DNA of 64,000 nt from Thermoplasmata archaeon (GTDB lineage Archaea > Thermoplasmatota > Thermoplasmata > WALJ01), in NCBI GenBank assembly GCA_027006785.1, contig JALTFR010000049.1:20581-84580 (forward strand). The letters are read 5' to 3'. The notes below the pieces were generated by a model. The model did not search any database and was not told the DNA's origin. It saw nothing but the letters and a program-made list of their open reading frames with translations. The position numbers were made by a program, and so were the translations under genes. This document shows, in pieces, positions 57,454 to 64,000 of this stretch (position 1 is the stretch's first letter; each line of letters opens with the position of its first letter).

Positions 57454-57972
57454 ATGGCAAGAGTCAAGCTGATAACGGACCCGACGGAGCTCGTCTACGC
57501 CCTCAGATGTCTGGATACAGAGCTGAAGAAGAACCTCTTTACCGACCTTCTCCAGAACTGGAAGACGCTGGAGCAGATAAAGGAAGAGTACGGAGAGGAC
57601 GGCGTGGATGCCCTGAAGCTCTTCGACAAGATGCACCTTCTTGAGAGCCAGTGGAGGCCAGTTCCCGGAAAGGTGGAGCCAACGAAGGCGTATCACATAC
57701 TCTATGATGGATTTCACATTGACCTCTCATCCTCCATAATGGACATGAGGGATGTGCTTCTGGCAACTATACTTCCCGAGGAGGAGTTCCAGAAGATAGA
57801 CGACTACATGGTCGAGCTTGTTGGAAAGGACGGCATATACCTCGGGGATCTCATCAATGCGCTCAAGGAGAGGTACGACTACATGTCAGACACCATGGTG
57901 AAGACCCTTGTGCGCCGCTCATCCCGCGTGATGTACAGGGGACAGACCGTTGACCCGGTGAAGATAGAATGA
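57454..57972 (+). CDS. hypothetical protein (first gene of the trm56 operon)
   Basis: Start [21 protein letters not shown]. No motif. Overlaps the trm56 start by 4 nt. Confidence 0.35.
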   Translation: MARVKLITDPTELVYALRCLDTELKKNLFTDLLQNWKTLEQIKEEYGEDGVDALKLFDKMHLLESQWRPVPGKVEPTKAYHILYDGFHIDLSSSIMDMRDVLLATILPEEEFQKIDDYMVELVGKDGIYLGDLINALKERYDYMSDTMVKTLVRRSSRVMYRGQTVDPVKIE

Positions 57973-58490
57973 TAGGGGTTCTCAGGTGGGGGCACAGAAT
58001 ACCCAGGGATTCAAGGATAAGCACTCATGTGGTTCTGACAGCCCGGGCTTTCGGCGCAGATATCGTTTATGTTGATACGGAAGATAAGGTCCTGGAGGAC
58101 ACGGTGAACTCCGTTGTGGAGCGCTTCGGCGGGCCATTCGAGATAAGGACAGGCGTCAGCTGGAAGAAGGTGGTCAGGGAATGGAAGGGTGTGAAGGTGC
58201 ATCTCACCATGTACGGCGAGCACATAGACGATGCCCTGCCGAAGATACCGAAGGACGATGTGCTGGTTATCGTCGGTGCCGAGAAGGTCCCCCGTGATTT
58301 CTACGAGATGGCGGACTTCAATGTGGCCGTTGGAAACCAGCCGCATTCGGAGGTGGCCGCCCTTGCTGTGTTCCTTGACAGGCTCCTTGACGGAAAAGGG
58401 CTTAAAAGGAGTTACGAGGGAGCACAGGTTGAGATAGTGCCGAATCCGAGGGGAAAGACGGTGAGGGAGAATGTACCCGGACGAGAATGA
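57969..58490 (+). CDS. trm56: tRNA (cytidine56-2'-O)-methyltransferase aTrm56 (SPOUT)
   Basis: [35 protein letters not shown] resembles the Pyrococcus Trm56 N-terminus. About 173 aa. Confidence 0.65.
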   Translation: MIGVLRWGHRIPRDSRISTHVVLTARAFGADIVYVDTEDKVLEDTVNSVVERFGGPFEIRTGVSWKKVVREWKGVKVHLTMYGEHIDDALPKIPKDDVLVIVGAEKVPRDFYEMADFNVAVGNQPHSEVAALAVFLDRLLDGKGLKRSYEGAQVEIVPNPRGKTVRENVPGRE

Positions 58491-58980
58491 GTGCATGGAA
58501 CTTCTGAGAAGGGCAGGATGCGAGGACAATGTCATAGAGCATGTCAAACAGGTGGCATCTCTCGCAGTTAAGATGGCGGAGCGCTGCGGGGCGAATGTGG
58601 AACTGGTGCGTGCAGGAGCCCTCCTCCACGACATAGGAAGGGGAAGGACGCACGGAATAGAGCACGCCATTGTCGGTGCAGGCCTGCTCAGGGAATGGGG
58701 ATATCCCGAGGAACTGGTGCTCATCGTCGAGCGACATATCGGAGCAGGGATAGATAGAGAAGGCGCGGAGCACCTCGGGCTTCCGCCGAAGGACTACATA
58801 CCCCGGAGCCTTGAGGAGAAGATCGTGGCCGAGGCGGACAACTATGCGGGAGAAGGCGAGAAAGGAATAAAGGAGTTTGCGGAGCGCTTGAGGAAGAAAG
58901 GTGACGAAAGGGCCGCAGAAAGGGTGAGAGCGCTCCACGAGGAATTGAAGGACTGCATACCTGAGGAAGAGAGGATGTGA
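58471..58980 (+). CDS. HD-domain phosphohydrolase
   Basis: [17 protein letters not shown] is the HD motif. A D...D block follows later. Confidence 0.7.
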   Translation: MYPDENECMELLRRAGCEDNVIEHVKQVASLAVKMAERCGANVELVRAGALLHDIGRGRTHGIEHAIVGAGLLREWGYPEELVLIVERHIGAGIDREGAEHLGLPPKDYIPRSLEEKIVAEADNYAGEGEKGIKEFAERLRKKGDERAAERVRALHEELKDCIPEEERM

Positions 58981-59039
58981 GAGCGCATCACGGGATAAAC
59001 TTTAAAGCAGATATGTGTTTGAGGGGGCAAGGTGAAAAG

Positions 59040-60245
59040 ATGACGGACTTTTCAAGATTACTGGCCGAAAGGACTGGCTCGATGAAAGCTTCCGAAATAA
59101 GGGAACTGCTGAAATACGCCAGCGTTCCGGGAGTGATATCGTTCGCAGGCGGGCTGCCGAACCCGGAGTCCTTCCCTGTGGGGGGGCTGAAGAAGATAAC
59201 GGACAAGATACTCACGGAAAAGGGCACGAAGGCCCTGCAGTACGGGACAACGGAGGGAATACCGGAGCTCAGGGAGGCCATCGCGAAGAGGATGAGCGAG
59301 CTCAAGGGCTTCGATGCGAAGATGGAGAACATCACGATAATGAGCGGCTCGCAGCAGGCCCTTGACCTTCTCGGAAAGCTCTACATGGAGCCGGGAAAGG
59401 TGGCCATAGTGGAGGGCCCCACATATCTGGCAGCGCTCGGCGCCTTCAGGCCCTACGGGGGAGAGATAGTCGGTGTCAGGATGGACGAGGACGGCCTTGA
59501 CACCAACCTTCTGGAAGAGACGATGAAGAAATTGAAGGCCGAAGGAAAGGTCGTGCCGTTCATATACACAATACCCACATTCCAGAACCCATCAGGGGTT
59601 ACGATGAGCGAGGAGAGGAGGAAGCACCTGCTTGAGATAGCGGCCGAGCACGATGTCATTGTAGTTGAGGACGATCCCTACGGAGAGCTCCGCTATGCGG
59701 GAAAGGAACTCCCGAACCTGAAGGCGATGGATAAGGACGGCAGGGTGGTCTACTTCGGCACCGTTTCCAAGATACTTGCTCCGGGCCTGAGGACAGGATG
59801 GATAATCGGCGATGAGGAGATAATCGGGAAGTTCGTCATAGCCAAGCAGGCCGCTGACCTCTGCACCAACACGCTCTCACAGCACATAATCGCGGAGGCA
59901 TTCTCCAGCGGAATGGTGGATGCGCACATACCCGAGATAAGAAAGCTCTACTCAAGGAAGAGGAACCTGATGCTGGATATGCTGGAGGACAGCATGCCGG
60001 AAGGTGTCACATGGACGAAGCCGGAAGGTGGAATGTTCCTCTGGGTCTGGGTTCCGGAGAGCATAAACACAAAGGAGATGTTCCCGACTGCACTGGAGAA
60101 GAAAGTCGCTTATGTGATAGGTGAGGCCTTCTATCCGGACAGGAGCGTGAAGAACGCCATGCGCCTCAACTTCACCTATTCCTCGGACGAGGAGATAAAG
60201 GACGGGGTCAAGAGGCTGGCGGACACCATCAGGGACTATCTCTGA
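59040..60245 (+). CDS. PLP-dependent aminotransferase class I/II (LysN/AroAT-MocR-like)
   Basis: MTDFSRLLAERTGSMKASEIRELLKY N-terminus. PLP-lysine block YFGTVSKILAPGLRTGW. The table ORF starts at 58977. Confidence 0.7.
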   Translation: MTDFSRLLAERTGSMKASEIRELLKYASVPGVISFAGGLPNPESFPVGGLKKITDKILTEKGTKALQYGTTEGIPELREAIAKRMSELKGFDAKMENITIMSGSQQALDLLGKLYMEPGKVAIVEGPTYLAALGAFRPYGGEIVGVRMDEDGLDTNLLEETMKKLKAEGKVVPFIYTIPTFQNPSGVTMSEERRKHLLEIAAEHDVIVVEDDPYGELRYAGKELPNLKAMDKDGRVVYFGTVSKILAPGLRTGWIIGDEEIIGKFVIAKQAADLCTNTLSQHIIAEAFSSGMVDAHIPEIRKLYSRKRNLMLDMLEDSMPEGVTWTKPEGGMFLWVWVPESINTKEMFPTALEKKVAYVIGEAFYPDRSVKNAMRLNFTYSSDEEIKDGVKRLADTIRDYL

Positions 60246-60246
60246 C

Positions 60247-61137
60247 ATGGAAACCCTTTCCATATTCCTTATCCTCGTGATGGGGGCCTCGCTGGCCTAT
60301 CCTCTCATTTTCAACAGGTACGGCACGGTGTCACTTAGCATCGGGAACCTCATGGTCTATTTTGCCATACTCGGCGCAGACCTTCTTGGGAAGAGCGCTC
60401 TGGCCTATCGCACGGTCCTCGACCTCATCTTCTTTCCATCGGACCTGACGACATACCGATTCTACACCACCATGACATCCTCGTTCCTGCACATAGCCCC
60501 GATGCACATCTTCATGAACCTTGTCTTCCTTTTCCTTCTCGGATTTCCACTTGAGATAAAGCAGGGCTCCCGCAGGATGGCTGCCCTCTACCTTCCTTCG
60601 GCCATAGGCGGTTCGATCCTATATGCGCTCCTCAGCACAGGGAACACGCCCGCCCTCGGCGCATCAGGGGCCATATCAGGCTTTCTCGGAGCGCTCGTCG
60701 CCCTTTACCCGAGGGATGAGATACCCATGTTCCTGGGTCCGATATTTCTCAGAAGGGTTCCCGTGTTCGTCGTGGCCATAGTCTTTCTTCTGATGGAAGG
60801 TGCGTACGCATTCACCACCAATGACAATGTGGCACACACGGCCCATATCGGAGGGCTTATCGCAGGAATGCTGGTGGGTGCCGCATCCGCGAAGATCGGG
60901 TTCAAAAAGAAGGAGGCTAGGGCGATAAGCACCGCAGGCCTGAGGGAACTGGCGCACAGCGATGAGGCGAAGGAGATGCTGGAGCGGATAGAAGGGGAAA
61001 CCGACCCTGAGATAAGGGATGCATGGCTGCAGGAGTTCGCCGATACTGTGGCATGCCCGAGGTGCAACGGAGTTCTCGAGATAAAGGGCAACAGGATATC
61101 ATGCTCGAGGTGCGGCTGGGAGAGAAGGATAGAATAG
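60247..61137 (+). CDS. rhomboid-family intramembrane serine protease with C-terminal zinc ribbon
   Basis: GASGAISGFLGALVALYP is the GxSG serine. HIGGLIAGMLVG is the catalytic His. C-terminal CPRCNG...CSRCGW. Confidence 0.8.
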   Translation: METLSIFLILVMGASLAYPLIFNRYGTVSLSIGNLMVYFAILGADLLGKSALAYRTVLDLIFFPSDLTTYRFYTTMTSSFLHIAPMHIFMNLVFLFLLGFPLEIKQGSRRMAALYLPSAIGGSILYALLSTGNTPALGASGAISGFLGALVALYPRDEIPMFLGPIFLRRVPVFVVAIVFLLMEGAYAFTTNDNVAHTAHIGGLIAGMLVGAASAKIGFKKKEARAISTAGLRELAHSDEAKEMLERIEGETDPEIRDAWLQEFADTVACPRCNGVLEIKGNRISCSRCGWERRIE

Positions 61138-61162
61138 TTTTAAACCGAAGCGATATACGGCC

Positions 61163-61924
61163 ATGCTCACATTCGTAGGACTGGGGCTTTACGGCGTGAA
61201 GGACATAAGCGTGAGAGGACTCGAGGCCGTGCGCTCCGCAGACATCGTTTACCTTGAGAGCTACACTTCGAGGCTCATGGGAAGCAGCATAAAGGAGATG
61301 GAGGACTTCTTCAGAAAGAAGGTGCATCCGTTGAGCAGGGATGATGTTGAGAGAGGAAGGGAATATATAGAGGAAGCGAGGGAAAGGAATGTGGTATTCC
61401 TCACAGCAGGGGACCCGATGGTTGCCACGACCCATGTTGACCTGAGAATAGAGGCGATGAAGAAAGGGATCGAAACCCGTGTCATTCATGGGCAGTCCAT
61501 AATCGCCGCCGCCCCTGGCCTTCTCGGATTGCAGGCTTACAAGTTCGGAAAGACAGGCTCAATCCCATATCCAGAAGAGGGTTTCCGGCCGACAACTCCT
61601 TACAAAGTGATGCTGGACAACCTCAAAACTGGACTTCACACCTTATTTCTCCTTGACATAAAGGAGGAAGGCAGGTACATGAACCCTGCAGAGGCCGTTG
61701 AACTCCTGCTCGAGATGGGAAAAAACCTTGGAGATGAGACATTCAACGATGAAAGCCTTGTGTGTGCGATATCCAGGGCAGGCTCGGATGAGCCGGGAAT
61801 ATGGTGCGGAAGAGCAAAGGAAGCCCTCCGCCGTGACTTCGGACCACCGCTTCACTGCATCGTGGTTCCCGGCAACCTGCACTTCATGGAGGAAGAGGCC
61901 TTGGAGATGTGGATGGAGGAATGA
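61163..61924 (+). CDS. dph5: diphthine synthase
   Basis: MLTFVGLGLYGVKDISVRGLEAVRSADIVYLESYTS. Confidence 0.85.
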   Translation: MLTFVGLGLYGVKDISVRGLEAVRSADIVYLESYTSRLMGSSIKEMEDFFRKKVHPLSRDDVERGREYIEEARERNVVFLTAGDPMVATTHVDLRIEAMKKGIETRVIHGQSIIAAAPGLLGLQAYKFGKTGSIPYPEEGFRPTTPYKVMLDNLKTGLHTLFLLDIKEEGRYMNPAEAVELLLEMGKNLGDETFNDESLVCAISRAGSDEPGIWCGRAKEALRRDFGPPLHCIVVPGNLHFMEEEALEMWMEE

Positions 61925-61925
61925 G

Positions 61926-62120
61926 ATGTTAGGAAGGAAGAAGAAAAAACAGGAAGAAAAGGGCGAGAGCATCGCCGATGCTCTGAACTCACAGGCAAAT
62001 GCCATAGATGTGGAACTGATGAAACTGGAAGAAAGGCATGAGAAAGGCGAGATATCGGACGAAGAGTACTTTGAGATGAGAAAGAGGCTGGAAGCGCTGA
62101 AAGAGCAGATGAGGGTTTAA
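61926..62120 (+). CDS. SHOCT-domain small protein
   Basis: 64 aa. ...LMKLEERHEKGEISDEEYFEMRKRLEALKEQ fits the SHOCT consensus. Shares the frame of table ORF 61698..62120. Confidence 0.45.
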   Translation: MLGRKKKKQEEKGESIADALNSQANAIDVELMKLEERHEKGEISDEEYFEMRKRLEALKEQMRV

Positions 62121-62512
62121 ACGAATTCCCTTTCCACCCATTCCCTTATCTCGTCCCTGACCTTCCTGAAGACCTGCGTTATTTCCTCCTCGCTTCCCCT
62201 AGCCTCGGAAGGGTCCTGAAATCCCATGTGCATGTACCTTTTTCCCGGAAAGAAGGGGCAGGTCTCCTTCGCGTGGTCGCAGACCGTGACCACCAAGTCG
62301 AAGTTCTGCCCTCTGAACTCCTCTATGGACTTCGAGCGGTGCCCTTCCAGAGATATGCCGATCTCCTCCATGACCCTCTTGGTATACGGGTTAACCTCTG
62401 TGGCCTCGGTACCTGCGCTCTCCGCCTGCCATTTCTTCGAGAGATGGTTGACAAAGGCCTCGGCCATCTGGGAGCGTGCCGAGTTGTGCGTGCAGATGAA
62501 AAGTACCCTCAT
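62117..62512 (-). CDS. arsC: arsenate reductase / low-molecular-weight protein tyrosine phosphatase family
   Basis: P-loop CTHNSARSQMAEA (CX5R). Downstream Cys pair VCDHAKETCPF, as in Trx-coupled ArsC. Confidence 0.75.
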   Translation of the reverse strand: MRVLFICTHNSARSQMAEAFVNHLSKKWQAESAGTEATEVNPYTKRVMEEIGISLEGHRSKSIEEFRGQNFDLVVTVCDHAKETCPFFPGKRYMHMGFQDPSEARGSEEEITQVFRKVRDEIREWVEREFV

Positions 62513-63294
62513 AGTATCCCTAAATTCTTCATCACCTTATCAAGCTTCGGAACCGTGTTGTAGTCATAGACCTCTTCAGGAGCTATCCACCTGTATTTGC
62601 TGTGCTCCCAGTCTATCTCAGGCTCTGCGCTCTCTTCCACCTCCGCCAGGAAGGGATGTATCCTCCAGATGAGCGCTCTGTCCCTTGCAAGTATCGGTTC
62701 TCCTTTTCTGATGATGCGTGCCTTCATCCCAGTCTCCTCCTCTATCTCCTTCATGGCCCTCTCCTCTTCGGCTTCGTTACCTTCCATGTGCCCTGACACG
62801 CCGGCCCATTTCCCCCTGCACGAGCCCACGCTCTGGCTTCTCTTCAGTATGAGCACCCTGTCCTTTCTGCGAACGATGACAGTTATAGCATCCTTCACCG
62901 AAACACCGGGTATCTCAACATATCCTTCGTCCGCGTTCACCACAACCCTGTCACAGTTCCGAAGGAGGCTGATGTCTATGCCGTCTATCATCGGTATGTC
63001 CGAGATTATAGCCCCTGTCGCAACGATCGTCTCCGCCTTCTCGTTTATTATGGCGGCCGGAGCGGTTCCCGCCTTCTTCATGCGGTATATCACATAGGAA
63101 CCCACGGTGCTTCCCTTTCCGCCGGAGAATGCGAAGACCTTTCCAGCGATGCTCTGCCCCGACACCTGGTTGGCGCTGTCCACCACGACACCCTCCTTCG
63201 GGTCAACACCACCCAGGAATGACACTGCGCCGGGCTCGATTATCACATCGCCCTCTGCCCTTCCTCCTGATATTTTACGACCAAAGAGCCTCAT
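62509..63294 (-). CDS. fusion protein: AcnX small subunit-like (DUF126 swivel domain) plus NUDIX hydrolase
   Basis: N-terminal half VSFLGGVDPKEGVVVD...AFSGGKGSTVGSYVIY...AIINEKAETIVATGAIISDIPMIDG matches DUF126 / PMDh small subunit. C-terminal half has the Nudix box GKWAGVSGHMEGNEAEEERAMKEIEEETG (GX5EX7REUXEEXGU). Confidence 0.6.
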   Translation of the reverse strand: MRLFGRKISGGRAEGDVIIEPGAVSFLGGVDPKEGVVVDSANQVSGQSIAGKVFAFSGGKGSTVGSYVIYRMKKAGTAPAAIINEKAETIVATGAIISDIPMIDGIDISLLRNCDRVVVNADEGYVEIPGVSVKDAITVIVRRKDRVLILKRSQSVGSCRGKWAGVSGHMEGNEAEEERAMKEIEEETGMKARIIRKGEPILARDRALIWRIHPFLAEVEESAEPEIDWEHSKYRWIAPEEVYDYNTVPKLDKVMKNLGIL

Positions 63295-64000
63295 TGCACC
63301 ACCGCCATCATGACCAGTTCCTCAAGCGGCCTGAATCGGACACATTGTCTGCAGAACGACTCCTTCGGAAGATAGTAGGCTGCCTTTCCCGAATTGACCC
63401 CTGTGCTACTGAACCTGTTCTCAATTGGGGATACGACCATGCAGGTGTCCCTAAGAACGAGGCCGCCGAAGTCCTCTATAGCCCTTACGGCTTCTGGATT
63501 CCTCTCTGCAACAGCCCTTGAGACCGAGACCCAGAGCTCCTTTCCTTCTTTCTTTTTCTTTCCCTTAACAAGCTCTGCGATGCGCTCCAATTCTGACTCC
63601 GATGCATGCGGGCATCCTATTGCAATGAGCTCGGGCTCACAGCCCATGTCCATTCCCTTGATGTGTTCCATCAGTTCTGTCCTTCCGATGTGTATCGTTT
63701 CAAGCTTATCATCTATCGCATCCTTCCATTCAGGCGTCGTATTCTCAACATGGTAGAGCGCTATCGAGCCTGTTGCGGCCATCGCAGCCCCGAGGGCCTT
63801 CATGCTGTCCTCATCTGGCCTTATTCCCCTGAAATACGGCACCTTTCTTCCCATCTTCGTGAGCATCGAGCCCAGATGGTTGCCCAGGACCGCATAGAGA
63901 TATGGTTCGGGTTCAAAGTCCAGTTCCACAATGATGTCCGCCTTCCTGTTCTCATCCAGATGAAGCCCGTATTCCGCCGTCAATCCTGTTATAGCGGATG
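63291..64000 (-). CDS. AcnX-type large subunit (DUF521; putative phosphomevalonate dehydratase large subunit), N-terminus beyond window end
   Basis: The C-terminal 230 aa are in the window. 4-nt overlap with the DUF126-NUDIX gene. The frame is open to position 64000. The table start is a TTG artefact. Confidence 0.5.
   Translation of the reverse strand, partial: SAITGLTAEYGLHLDENRKADIIVELDFEPEPYLYAVLGNHLGSMLTKMGRKVPYFRGIRPDEDSMKALGAAMAATGSIALYHVENTTPEWKDAIDDKLETIHIGRTELMEHIKGMDMGCEPELIAIGCPHASESELERIAELVKGKKKKEGKELWVSVSRAVAERNPEAVRAIEDFGGLVLRDTCMVVSPIENRFSSTGVNSGKAAYYLPKESFCRQCVRFRPLEELVMMAVVQ

Overview
This 64 kb window reads as a compact archaeal chromosomal segment, probably euryarchaeal or Thermoplasmata-like; the taxonomy is inferred from gene content only. 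Several genes are archaea-specific: ribosomal proteins L44e and S27e, aIF2-alpha, Nop10, a PAC2-type proteasome chaperone, aTrm56, Elp3, aMBF1, a preflagellin/prepilin peptidase, Mre11-Rad50, HerA, and the large and small AcnX-type phosphomevalonate dehydratase subunits. GC content is about 50%, genes are tightly packed with many 1-4 nt overlaps, and several starts use GTG or TTG. About 75 CDS and two tRNAs were called. No CRISPR array, transposase, integrase or rRNA was seen. The two tRNAs are tRNA-Arg(CCG) on the plus strand and an intron-containing tRNA-Trp(CCA) on the minus strand. The Trp intron is 106 nt, carries box C/D-like motifs, and has 10 nt of complementarity to its own anticodon loop. 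Most of the window is housekeeping: a surface-glycan cluster (flippase plus three GT4 glycosyltransferases), glycine cleavage genes gcvH, gcvT and gcvPB scattered across the window, GDH, purS-purL, enolase, PheT, PolB, UMP kinase and a translation/ribosome-biogenesis cluster. Seven regions look unusual. (1) A tandemly duplicated two-gene cassette of about 1 kb at 6.2-8.3 kb sits next to a prepilin-peptidase-like gene. Each copy encodes a metallophosphoesterase-like C-terminal fragment and a bitopic membrane protein with near-identical 3' ends. (2) An RHH regulator is followed by a truncated FtsZ/tubulin-like GTPase that lacks the T7-loop/C-terminal domain. (3) Mre11-Rad50 has no adjacent HerA-NurA; a stand-alone HerA lies 15 kb away beside a COG1340-like coiled-coil protein and MBF1. 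(4) A V4R protein is paired with a roadblock/LC7 protein, and a second V4R paralog lies elsewhere. (5) An AcnX small-subunit (DUF126)-NUDIX fusion sits in an operon with AcnX-L and an ArsC/LMW-PTP. (6) A secreted-type ORF has an N-terminal hydrophobic segment but no ATG/GTG/TTG start. (7) An EF-Tu-like protein has a degenerate G domain. All functional calls are from motif recognition by eye; no database search was possible.
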